Source: Chloroflexota bacterium
GTDB taxonomy: Bacteria > Chloroflexota > Anaerolineae > Anaerolineales > UBA11579
Assembly (NCBI GenBank): GCA_013112575.1
Contig: JABFGG010000005.1
Span: forward strand, 149,497 to 213,496
Length of the DNA stretch: 64,000 bases
Direction of reading: 5' to 3'
Part shown: piece by piece, positions 1 through 7,828 of the stretch
Position numbering within the stretch: the first letter of the stretch is position 1
How the letters are laid out: each line of letters starts with the position of its first letter
Notes under the pieces: model-generated
Told to the model about the DNA's origin: nothing
The model's database searches: none
What the model saw: only the letters and a program-made list of their open reading frames with translations
Program-made: the position numbers and the translations under genes

Positions 1-481
1 AGATAGGACAGAAATACGAAATCGGCTCCTGGCTTTCCGCAGCGCCTCGCGCCCAATCGATGGCGTTTTGCAAAGCCTTGAGTTGCATGGCGGCCAGGTC
101 GGTATGGTAGATGGCTACCAAATCAAAAAGCATGTTGATGCACTGGTCGACATTCTGGGGAAAGGATAGCCACACAGGCACATCGGCATCTACCAGCGAC
201 TGGATGGCCTGGGATGTGTTCTCTTCCTGATTGGTGAACACAAGATCAGGCTTGAGGGCAATGATCTCATCCACCTCGGGGTTCTTGGTACCGCCAAGGC
301 GCGGCAGGTCGGATAAGGCTTCTGCAGGATGGATGCAGTAATCCGTTATCCCTACAACGGTATCCCCAAAGCCTAAGGTGAAGAGACTTTCTGTTGTGGA
401 AGGCACGAGCGATACCACGCGTTTGGGGGGCGCAGGCAAGTCGGGGATCTGGGAGAGTTGGGCCAGGTCAAGATCGGGCAT
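1..481 (-). CDS. periplasmic substrate-binding protein, BtuF/FhuD-like (class III ABC binding protein); N-terminal part only, gene runs off the window start
   Basis: Own translation of the minus strand from ATG at 481: MPDLDLAQLSQIPDLPAPPKRVVSLVPSTTESLFTLGFGDTVVGITDYCIHP...LGGTKNPEVDEIIALKPDLVF. This pattern is typical of cobalamin/siderophore binding proteins. Absent from the ORF track because it is truncated. Confidence 0.55.
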   Translation of the reverse strand, partial: MPDLDLAQLSQIPDLPAPPKRVVSLVPSTTESLFTLGFGDTVVGITDYCIHPAEALSDLPRLGGTKNPEVDEIIALKPDLVFTNQEENTSQAIQSLVDADVPVWLSFPQNVDQCINMLFDLVAIYHTDLAAMQLKALQNAIDWARGAAESQEPISYFCPI

Positions 482-541
482 AGGGTATGAAGTTGTTTTG
501 TGACTGGTTAGTATTTCTTGAATTACTTATTTTACACACTG

Positions 542-1714
542 CTATTTTAACAAATCAATAGCCGCTGCAGCCATCAGCGCCGCGCCCCTGGGCATGGCCT
601 GCTCATCAAAATCGAATTTTGGGTGGTGATGGCCGTATTTGAGGCCGGCTTCCTCATTCATGGAACCCACGAAGAAGTAGCAACTCTGCGCATCCTGCAT
701 CATAAAGGCCATATCCTCCGACCACATCATACGCAAGTCTTTATCAAGTTGATCTTCAGGCAGCACCGCCTGGGTGATACCCTGGAGCCGCTCGGCAACC
801 GCTGGCGTGTTATACACAGCCGGGGTGACATCCGTAAGTTCAAAAGTGGCCTGGCAACCTAAACTTTGTGCCACTCCCTTAACGATTTCCTCTAACCTGG
901 TCAAGAGGAGGCTTTCTACCTCTGGCTTATAAGAACGCATGGTGCCCTCCATCACAACTGTAGAAGGAATCACATTAAAAGCATGTCCGGCGCGTAATAG
1001 CCCGAAGCTGACCACACCTGCTTCCAGAGGATTGACGTTGCGGGAGACAATGGTTTGCACAGCTGTGATGATATGCGCCGCGGCGGCTACAGGATCAACG
1101 GTAAGGTTAGGTAAAGCGCCATGCCCGCCCACACCCTCGACCACGATCTTAAAGGCTTTTGCCGCCGCCATGACCTCTTCCCCACTCACCCCGATCACAC
1201 CCAGAGGAACACTATTGACCAGATGTAGGGCGAGGCTGTAATCAGGTTTGGGATTTTGGAGCACACCCTCCTCAATCATCAATTCAGCTCCCCCCAACCC
1301 CTCTTCGGCGGGCTGGAACACGAATTTGACAGTGCCAGCCAGCTTATCGCGGTGTTCCTGTAACAACTTGGCTGTGGTCAGGCCAATCGCCATATGCCCA
1401 TCATGGCCGCAGGCATGCATCACGCCTGGGTTCTGGGAAGCGTATTCGGCGCCGGTTTCCTCTTCAATGGGAAGGGCATCCATATCAAAGCGCAGGAGGA
1501 CAACCGGTCCCGGCTTGGCACCCTCGAGGACAGCCACCACGCCCGTCTTCGCAATACCGGTCGCAACTTCCAGGCCCAACTCGTTTAGTTCTTTGGCAAC
1601 CACACCTGCCGTGCGGACTTCCTGAAAGCCGATTTCGGGGTGTTGGTGAAAATCGCGGCGGATGGCTTGAGAATAATCAAACAGTTCGAGGGCTTCTTTG
1701 TATAAACTATGCAT
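542..1714 (-). CDS. M20 family amidohydrolase (N-acyl-L-amino-acid amidohydrolase / hippurate hydrolase type)
   Basis: ORF 542..1741. HACGHDGH metal motif and full-length M20D-like layout. Start moved to ATG 1714 (MHSLYKEALE), which has GGAG 7 nt upstream; the longer start lies inside the upstream terminator hairpin. Confidence 0.85.
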   Translation of the reverse strand: MHSLYKEALELFDYSQAIRRDFHQHPEIGFQEVRTAGVVAKELNELGLEVATGIAKTGVVAVLEGAKPGPVVLLRFDMDALPIEEETGAEYASQNPGVMHACGHDGHMAIGLTTAKLLQEHRDKLAGTVKFVFQPAEEGLGGAELMIEEGVLQNPKPDYSLALHLVNSVPLGVIGVSGEEVMAAAKAFKIVVEGVGGHGALPNLTVDPVAAAAHIITAVQTIVSRNVNPLEAGVVSFGLLRAGHAFNVIPSTVVMEGTMRSYKPEVESLLLTRLEEIVKGVAQSLGCQATFELTDVTPAVYNTPAVAERLQGITQAVLPEDQLDKDLRMMWSEDMAFMMQDAQSCYFFVGSMNEEAGLKYGHHHPKFDFDEQAMPRGAALMAAAAIDLLK

Positions 1715-1726
1715 CAATTTCTCCAT

Positions 1727-1770
1727 AACAAAAAAACGCAAAACGATTGAGCGGTTCTCCGTTTTGCGTT
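1727..1770 (-). terminator. intrinsic terminator after the ricT-like gene
   Basis: AACGCAAAACG (1734-1744) pairs with CGTTTTGCGTT (1760-1770). On the minus strand the hairpin is followed by a T7 run (plus-strand A-run 1727-1733). Confidence 0.55.
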
Positions 1771-1805
1771 TTACGATTTGATGTCTCCTAATTTAAGGTA
1801 ACGTT

Positions 1806-2741
1806 TTAATCGTCCGTCTTTTGGGCTTTATCACCAGATTCGGCTTTACCACAATCGCAGCCACCGTTCTCGTGTCGGTCACAGGGTGATTCTGATTTAC
1901 GACGCAGGGCTTCCAACTCATCCCAAGGCTCGATCTCGTGTTTAAGGAACTCGGCACGCGTGCGTTGTTCATCATCAATACGAACCATGACGGCCTGTTT
2001 TAGAGGCAGGACATCAATGACTTTGCCCTCGCCCACAGGTGTGACGACACGCTTGCCGCGTTTGGGCAACACCTTGCGGGCTTCGACATACTGTTCATAT
2101 TCGTAGATCAGGCAGCAGCGTAAACGACCACACATGCCGGTGATCTCAGAGGGGTCAAGCGAAATTCCCTGAGCCTTGGCCATTTTGATGGAGATGGGGC
2201 TGAACTCTGTGAGGAACTTGGAGCAGCAGCGTTCTTCTAAGCCACAGGCACCCATGCCGCCAATGATCTTGGCAACGTCACGCGGGCCGATACGGCGCAT
2301 TTCGATCTTCGGTTCAGAATATTTTTCCTGCATTTTCTGGCGCACTTTACTCAGATCGACTTCCCCATCATCTTCACTGTTGTATAAAAAGGAAAGGTGC
2401 TTGCCATCAAAACTGTACTCGGCGCGCACGATTTTGACGCCCTTGATCTTGGTCTCCGCCAAACAAGCGCGGCACTCGATCATGGCTTCGATTTGTTTTT
2501 GTTCCCAACTCTGGCGCATGACCATGTCGTGGGCAGTCGCTTTGCGTTCGATCTGTTTCCAGGAGCCTTTGCGTGGTTTGGGCGGGTCTTCCACGAAGCC
2601 CATGATCTGCCCGATCTGACGACCGCGGGCAGTTTCTACGACTGCGAAATCTCCCGCGGCCAGTTCCGCTACATGGGTAGCGTCAAAGTGGTAGAGTTTG
2701 CCGATCTTTTGAAAACGAATACCAACGATTTGTTGTGTCAT
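1806..2741 (-). CDS. ricT: PSP1 domain protein, RicT/YaaT family
   Basis: 311 aa. N-terminus MTQQIVGIRFQKIGKLYHFD and Cys-rich core GMGACGLEERCCSKFL...GMCGRLRCCLIYE are typical of PSP1/YaaT. Confidence 0.8.
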   Translation of the reverse strand: MTQQIVGIRFQKIGKLYHFDATHVAELAAGDFAVVETARGRQIGQIMGFVEDPPKPRKGSWKQIERKATAHDMVMRQSWEQKQIEAMIECRACLAETKIKGVKIVRAEYSFDGKHLSFLYNSEDDGEVDLSKVRQKMQEKYSEPKIEMRRIGPRDVAKIIGGMGACGLEERCCSKFLTEFSPISIKMAKAQGISLDPSEITGMCGRLRCCLIYEYEQYVEARKVLPKRGKRVVTPVGEGKVIDVLPLKQAVMVRIDDEQRTRAEFLKHEIEPWDELEALRRKSESPCDRHENGGCDCGKAESGDKAQKTDD

Positions 2742-2761
2742 AGGTTAGTAATTGGTTACTG

Positions 2762-2835
2762 GTAAATAGTTATTAGGGCCAATAAATAAATCTGGAAGAC
2801 AGTGATTGCGAATAGCCTTCCAAATAACTATTTAC
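2762..2835. repeat. 13-bp perfect inverted repeat in the mrp-ricT intergenic region
   Basis: GTAAATAGTTATT (2762-2774) and AATAACTATTTAC (2823-2835), separated by 48 nt. Confidence 0.9.
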
Positions 2836-2856
2836 TAATTACTGTTTCCTCGTAAC

Positions 2857-3939
2857 TTACTTTATTGTAATCGGAATCGCCTGGGATTGCTGTTCAATAG
2901 CTGCTGCAGCGGCTTTGAGAGCTACTTGCTGGGATATTTCCTTCAGGGACTTGGCAACAGGAGAATCAGGCTGAGAGATCACAATGGGCCGGCCCTCATC
3001 ACCGCCTTCACGCACGGCAGGATCCATGGGGATCAAGCCAATGAACTCCGTATTGGTCTCCTCAGCCATGCGCTCCCCGCCTCCCGAACCGAATACGTCC
3101 ATCTTTTGGCCGTCAGGGAGTTCAAGGTAGCTCATATTCTCAACAACACCAAGGATGTCTACATTTAATTGGTTGAACATTTCCAGGCCGCGACGCGCAT
3201 CTTCTAATGATACTTGCTGCGGCAAAGTGACGATAACGCCACCAGTCACTGGAGCGGTTTGCGCCAGGCTCAACTGCACATCGCCCGTTCCAGGAGGCAG
3301 GTCGATGATGAGGTAATCTAAATCCCCCCAAACCACATCCTCAAGGAATTGTCGAATGGCGGTATGTAGCATGGGCCCACGCCAGATCATCGGTTGTTCA
3401 GGCTTTACCAAAAAGCCAATTGAGATCAATTTGACCCCGTAAGCTTCAGCGGGAGTGAGTTGGCCTTCAGGCCCTGGAGGCTGGGGCAGCCGCTCCACCC
3501 CCATCATGATGGGAATATTGGGGCCATATACGTCAGCATCCAGCAAGCCAACCTTTGCGCCAGCCTGCGCCAGGGAGACGGCCAGGTTAACTGCCACTGT
3601 ACTCTTGCCAACACCGCCTTTGCCCGAGGCTACAGCAATAGAATTGCGCACCTGGGCCGAGCCACCTCCGCGAGTTTTTCCATCGGAGGGAACTTCAACG
3701 ATGACTGCCAATTCAACATCTTTTACGCCTTCCAGGGCAGTGACCGCATCGCGGACAGCTTTTTCGAGTTCGTATTTGTGGGGATGGTCAGGGGTAACCA
3801 GAACGAGAGTCAGTGAAACTTTATCGCCATCAACCTTGATATCGCGTACCAGGTTGGCCGCCACAAGGTCTTTCTTCAGTGCAGGTTCTTGAATAGCGCT
3901 CAAAGCATCAAGGACAAGTTCCTGAGTAACATCAGTCAT
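2857..3939 (-). CDS. apbC: Mrp/NBP35/ApbC-type Fe-S cluster carrier ATPase with N-terminal DUF59/MIP18 domain
   Basis: 360 aa. Deviant Walker A SGKGGVGKST, a conserved Mrp core, and an N-terminal DUF59-like ~90 aa. Confidence 0.9.
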   Translation of the reverse strand: MTDVTQELVLDALSAIQEPALKKDLVAANLVRDIKVDGDKVSLTLVLVTPDHPHKYELEKAVRDAVTALEGVKDVELAVIVEVPSDGKTRGGGSAQVRNSIAVASGKGGVGKSTVAVNLAVSLAQAGAKVGLLDADVYGPNIPIMMGVERLPQPPGPEGQLTPAEAYGVKLISIGFLVKPEQPMIWRGPMLHTAIRQFLEDVVWGDLDYLIIDLPPGTGDVQLSLAQTAPVTGGVIVTLPQQVSLEDARRGLEMFNQLNVDILGVVENMSYLELPDGQKMDVFGSGGGERMAEETNTEFIGLIPMDPAVREGGDEGRPIVISQPDSPVAKSLKEISQQVALKAAAAAIEQQSQAIPITIK

Positions 3940-3950
3940 AATTCGTCGCC

Positions 3951-4310
3951 TTACTTCGCTTTATTTTTCTTCTTTTCTAATTTCTTCAGATGTGTGTCCA
4001 CGTCGCCGTGGGCTTTTTTGTACATCTGATTCAATTCTTTTTCCGGACCGCGGAAACGGCGCACGTTCTGGCTAGAGCAAGCCGTGCAACCACGCATGGC
4101 ACGGAATGAGTCGGCATGGCAGGTAGTGCAACCGTTCAAACGGATCATCATAAGGACAAAGGCCATCTGGTCAGGGTCGTCAATCTCTTTATCGGCAGCC
4201 TTATCAACCAGGTTCGACCAGGACTTGCCCCGCTCATCGCGCAAAGTGGGGATGACTCGGGCTGGAAAGAGCAATTCAGTATCAGGATTGTACATAACGT
4301 AGGCCTTCAA
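3951..4310 (-). CDS. hypothetical Cys4 protein (CX2C-X10-CX2C) with Lys-rich tail
   Basis: 119-aa ORF, 11 nt upstream of mrp. Motif NGCTTCHADSFRAMRGCTACS. No signal peptide. Confidence 0.5.
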   Translation of the reverse strand: MKAYVMYNPDTELLFPARVIPTLRDERGKSWSNLVDKAADKEIDDPDQMAFVLMMIRLNGCTTCHADSFRAMRGCTACSSQNVRRFRGPEKELNQMYKKAHGDVDTHLKKLEKKKNKAK

Positions 4311-4319
4311 TCATACCAA

Positions 4320-4364
4320 TATTATTAAAAGAAATATCCGGCTGGTAGAAATCCAGCCGGATAT
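4320..4364 (-). terminator. intrinsic terminator after nuoI
   Basis: Perfect 12-bp stem ATATCCGGCTGG (4334-4345) / CCAGCCGGATAT (4353-4364) with a 7-nt loop. On the minus strand it is followed by TTCTTTTAATAAT. Confidence 0.6.
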
Positions 4365-4367
4365 CGA

Positions 4368-4994
4368 CTATTCTTTGGCTGCTGCCCGGGCTGCCGCTTT
4401 GGCAGCCTTTTCTTCTTCTTTGGCGATGCGGATATCTTCTTCTCGCCGGTAATTGGTGGGGCGAATCTGGGCGTAATAATCTACAGACATGGAGAGTTTC
4501 TCTTTGTTGTAGATGTGCGCAGAATGGCGGTCATAGGAAGCCAGTTCGTACTGGTGATCCATCTTGATAGCATCGAAGGGGCAGTATTCTGCACAGTAAC
4601 CACAGTTCATGCAGATGTCGATGTCAATATAGAATTCGACCGGCTCAGGCACAGGACGACCGGTATCGGGGTCTTCCGTACGCACGATCCAGATACATTG
4701 CGGCGGGCAAACCTTGGCGCAAATACCACAGGAGGTACAGCGATCCTGTTGTTCACCATCAGGGCCTTCTTCATATAAGAGGAAGGGGATAAAGCGGAAC
4801 TCTTCGGGTACGGGGAGCTTCTCTTCAGGATACTGGACAGTGAAGATGCCCGAGGCGTTTTTGCTGGAACGGTGTGCAACGCCTTCAGGGGTGTAATAGC
4901 GTTTGCCGATCCACTTGAAGTCCTCCACAAAAGTGCCGATGAAGTGACCCATTGTGACCATAAGGCCGCGTAATATACCAAATCCAAAATTCAT
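4368..4994 (-). CDS. nuoI: NADH-quinone oxidoreductase subunit I (2x[4Fe-4S] ferredoxin-type)
   Basis: CTSCGICAKVCP and CMNCGYCAEYCP motifs. NuoI-like N-terminus. Lys/Ala/Glu-rich C-terminal tail. Confidence 0.9.
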   Translation of the reverse strand: MNFGFGILRGLMVTMGHFIGTFVEDFKWIGKRYYTPEGVAHRSSKNASGIFTVQYPEEKLPVPEEFRFIPFLLYEEGPDGEQQDRCTSCGICAKVCPPQCIWIVRTEDPDTGRPVPEPVEFYIDIDICMNCGYCAEYCPFDAIKMDHQYELASYDRHSAHIYNKEKLSMSVDYYAQIRPTNYRREEDIRIAKEEEKAAKAAARAAAKE

Positions 4995-5012
4995 AATATA
5001 GCTCCGTCTTGC

Positions 5013-6779
5013 CTAGCGATCCACTTCGCCGAGGATGATATCAACAGAACCCAACACAACCACAACATCAGCGACTTTAGAGCCAATGCACATCTTTTCC
5101 AGGGCAGTCAGGTTGATAAAGGATGGGGCGCGTACGTGATAACGCCAGGGGTTGGCCTTACCGTTGGACACAACATAAAAGCCAATCTCGCCCTTGGGGC
5201 CTTCTACACGACCAAAAGCTTCACCAGCCGGTACACGCACCTGGTAGGGGTTCTTACCGGTGAGGAAATCGCCATCGGGGATACGCTCCACAGCCTGCTG
5301 CACAATGCGAATGCTCTGACGGATCTCGTCCAGTCGAATCAGGTAACGGTCATAGACATCACCGTGGTAACGAACAGCTACGTCGAAATCGAATTGCTCG
5401 TAGATGCTGTAAGGATCAGCCCGGCGCACATCGTAGGGCACACCGGAAGCACGCAGCATGGGGCCAGCCATAGAGTACTCAATGGCCTCATCGGGGGACA
5501 AAACGCCGATGCCTTCGCAGCGAGTACGCACGATTTCATTGTTGGTCAGGTAACGATCAAGCTCATCTACCTTGCGAGGCAGACGCTCGGTGACCAGTTC
5601 GCCAATGCGCTCAAGGACACCCTCGGGGAAATCACGCGCCACACCGCCAAAGCGGAAGTAGTTATTCATCATGCGCGAGCCCGTGGTGGCTTCAAAGATA
5701 TCCAGCAACAACTCGCGTTCTTCAATAGCATACAGTGAGGGGGTGAAGAAAGCGCCCAGGTCATTGAGCAAGAAGCCAATCGCCCAGAGATGGGAACTGA
5801 TACGGGTCAGTTCTGCCATAATGACGCGGATGTATTCTGCACGTTCGGTGGGTACGCCTTTGGCACCCATCAGTTTTTCTACAGCCAGAGCATAACCGAA
5901 GTTATTGGAGAGGGATGTAATGTAATCAAGCCGGTCGGTGAAGGGCATGTTGTGCAGGAAAGTGTTGCGTTCGCCAATCTTCTCATGATTGCGGTGCAGG
6001 TAGCCCATCACCGGTTTGAGTGCCACTATCGTCTCACCATCCATCAACACGGCCATGCGGAACACACCGTGGGTGGAGGGGTGCTGCGGGCCTAAGTTGA
6101 CGATGACCTGCTCTGTATCCAGATCTTCGATCTCATCATATTCCGCATTGCTGCGACGCAGTGAGTCGTAGAGAGCGTCCTCAATGGCCGGGCTCCAGGA
6201 CTCGGGGTCAAAGCCTTGCGGGTACTGGTTGTTCTTACCGACCGGGTTATGGTCTTCGATGCGATAGACCTGCCCGCCGGGCCAGCGGTTGGCAAAGGGC
6301 TTAACATCTTCTTCAAAGTAAGGCTCTTTCCAATCTTTGCGCATGGGGAAGCCTTCAAAGCCCTCCCACATAAGGATGCGGCGCATGTCGGGGTGATCTG
6401 TAAAATCAATGCCATACAGGTCAAAGGCTTCGCGCTCCTGGAATTCAGCGCCAGGGTACAGTGGAGTCAGTGAGGGAACTGCTGGGTTGTCGCGCGGCGT
6501 TTGCACGGCCAACACGAGGGCCGAACCACCAGTGGATTTATAGAGGTGATAGACCACCTCAAAATAGCTTTCTTCATCCTCTTTCTGCGCCAGGTAATCA
6601 ACCGCGGTAACCGAGGAGAGGAAGTCGTAGCCCAAATCATCGCGTAGTACCTGCGCAACTTCAGTGAGCTTATCGAGTTGGACGATGTAGCCTTCATAAC
6701 CTTTGCGCTCGTCGTGAGTGACAACGCCGGGGAAACGAGCTTCGAGAGTACCTTCTTGTGCGGGGGCCATTTCTGTCAT
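5013..6779 (-). CDS. nuoCD: fused NADH-quinone oxidoreductase subunit C/D
   Basis: 588 aa. The NuoC half carries YPGAEFQEREAFDLYGI. The NuoD half carries NLGPQHPSTHGVFR and a C-terminus DIILGEVDR. No hydrogenase CxxC nickel ligands. Confidence 0.9.
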   Translation of the reverse strand: MTEMAPAQEGTLEARFPGVVTHDERKGYEGYIVQLDKLTEVAQVLRDDLGYDFLSSVTAVDYLAQKEDEESYFEVVYHLYKSTGGSALVLAVQTPRDNPAVPSLTPLYPGAEFQEREAFDLYGIDFTDHPDMRRILMWEGFEGFPMRKDWKEPYFEEDVKPFANRWPGGQVYRIEDHNPVGKNNQYPQGFDPESWSPAIEDALYDSLRRSNAEYDEIEDLDTEQVIVNLGPQHPSTHGVFRMAVLMDGETIVALKPVMGYLHRNHEKIGERNTFLHNMPFTDRLDYITSLSNNFGYALAVEKLMGAKGVPTERAEYIRVIMAELTRISSHLWAIGFLLNDLGAFFTPSLYAIEERELLLDIFEATTGSRMMNNYFRFGGVARDFPEGVLERIGELVTERLPRKVDELDRYLTNNEIVRTRCEGIGVLSPDEAIEYSMAGPMLRASGVPYDVRRADPYSIYEQFDFDVAVRYHGDVYDRYLIRLDEIRQSIRIVQQAVERIPDGDFLTGKNPYQVRVPAGEAFGRVEGPKGEIGFYVVSNGKANPWRYHVRAPSFINLTALEKMCIGSKVADVVVVLGSVDIILGEVDR

Positions 6780-6790
6780 GATGTTTTCCT

Positions 6791-7441
6791 TTACTCCACC
6801 GCGGGGATGACTGTGGTGAGCGGCCCGGATTTGACGCCATCTTTGATGGTTTCATAGTCACGGGGGTCGATAATGTCAGGGCCGAGGATGGGCACGGGGA
6901 TCGGCTCAATGGGCTTGGTGCGGTCACGGAAATTGGTGAAGTGTTTCTCCGTGTCGATCTTTTCCTGGATCTTCATCAAACCGTGCAGCAAAGCCTGCGG
7001 GGTGGGTGGGCAGCCAGGCACGTAAACATCCACCGGGATGTATTTATCCACACCCGAGACAACGTTGTAGCCTTCTTTGAAAGGCCCACCGCCCGATGCG
7101 CAAGCGCCCATCGCCATAACGTACTTGGGGTCAGGCATCTGGTTGTACAGGCGCACGATCTGCGGCAACATCTTCTTGGTGACAGTACCAGAGACGATCA
7201 TCAGGTCCGATTGGCGCGGGCTAGGGCGCAGGACCTCCATGCCGAAGCGAGCCAGGTCATAACGTCCGGCAGCGGCAGAGATCATCTCAATGGCGCAGCA
7301 GGCCAGGCCAAACATCATGGGCCAGACGGAGTAGCGCCGGCCAGCATTGAAGATCTTATCAATGGTGGTGATGGCGACGTTGGCACGCGCTTCCGGGGAA
7401 ATGTCGTAGCCTTCAGTGTTCAAATTGGGGGTTTCAGTCAT
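6791..7441 (-). CDS. nuoB: NADH-quinone oxidoreductase subunit B (N2 cluster subunit)
   Basis: [16 protein letters not shown] and VPGCPP motifs. Start placed at ATG 7441 (MTETPNL), which forms an ATGA overlap with the stop of the upstream ORF. Confidence 0.9.
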   Translation of the reverse strand: MTETPNLNTEGYDISPEARANVAITTIDKIFNAGRRYSVWPMMFGLACCAIEMISAAAGRYDLARFGMEVLRPSPRQSDLMIVSGTVTKKMLPQIVRLYNQMPDPKYVMAMGACASGGGPFKEGYNVVSGVDKYIPVDVYVPGCPPTPQALLHGLMKIQEKIDTEKHFTNFRDRTKPIEPIPVPILGPDIIDPRDYETIKDGVKSGPLTTVIPAVE

Positions 7442-7659
7442 AATGGGTTTCGCTCCTCGTACCATTCCTGGTAAATGGCCATCAGGATCTCGTCTGTGGC
7501 CAAAGCGGGGTCATCTTGGAAATTGGGGAGTTGAATAATCCAATCGAATAAATTAGTAAGCGATAGTTCTTCCAGATCAACATCGGGATGCTGGGCTTGT
7601 AAGGCCAACACGATCTCGTATCCGGCATCCCAAAAGAGTGGTTGAGTATTTTCGTTCAA
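7438..7659 (-). CDS. iscX: IscX/YfhJ-like small acidic Fe-S assembly accessory protein
   Basis: 73 aa. [21 protein letters not shown]...[32 protein letters not shown] aligns along its length with E. coli IscX as I remember it ([21 protein letters not shown]...[32 protein letters not shown]). TTG start. Confidence 0.6.
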   Translation of the reverse strand: MNENTQPLFWDAGYEIVLALQAQHPDVDLEELSLTNLFDWIIQLPNFQDDPALATDEILMAIYQEWYEERNPL

Positions 7660-7668
7660 TTTGCCACT

Positions 7669-7697
7669 ATTATAGATGGTGGCTTGAAGAGTGTCAA
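7669..7697 (-). promoter_or_regulatory. consensus sigma70-type promoter for the iscX-like/nuoB-CD-I operon
   Basis: Minus strand reads TTGACA (7697-7692), a 17-nt spacer, then TATAAT (7674-7669). Only 9 nt separate the -10 box from the TTG start at 7659. Confidence 0.6.
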
Positions 7698-7708
7698 ATG
7701 TTGGGCAG

Positions 7709-7717
7709 TGATATAAT
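7709..7717 (+). promoter_or_regulatory. candidate extended -10 promoter (TGaTATAAT) for the divergent regulator gene
   Basis: TGATATAAT at 7709-7717. No good -35 box. Sits back-to-back with the minus-strand promoter. Confidence 0.35.
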
Positions 7718-7758
7718 AAAGAAAATATAGATTTGTTTTATTTTAGTCGCTGGTCTGA

Positions 7759-7824
7759 TAGTCCTTAGTCCAGAGGCCACTCCATAGTCACTGGTAAGAC
7801 TGAGGACTTTGGACTACCGGACTA
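7759..7824 (+). repeat. array of five AGTCC/GGACT pentamers forming a long-range inverted repeat directly upstream of the regulator start codon
   Basis: AGTCC at 7760 and 7767. GGACT at 7804, 7811 and 7819. TAGTCCtTAGTCC can pair with GGACTAccGGACTA. Confidence 0.8.
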
Positions 7825-7828
7825 GAAA

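Noticed and set aside
4077-4130. CTTCH in the 119-aa protein read as a c-type cytochrome heme-binding motif (CXXCH).
   Set aside because: - There is no signal peptide or TM helix for export.
- The motif is one half of a symmetric CX2C-X10-CX2C arrangement, which fits a zinc or Fe-S knuckle better.
5013-6779. NuoCD/NuoB/NuoI as a group-4 [NiFe]-hydrogenase-like (Ech/Mbh) module, given the missing membrane-arm genes.
   Set aside because: - The large subunit has the NuoD-type GPQHPSTHG N-terminal region and a DIILGEVDR C-terminus.
- It lacks the RxCGxCxxxH and DPCxxC nickel-ligand motifs.
- No hyp maturation genes are nearby.
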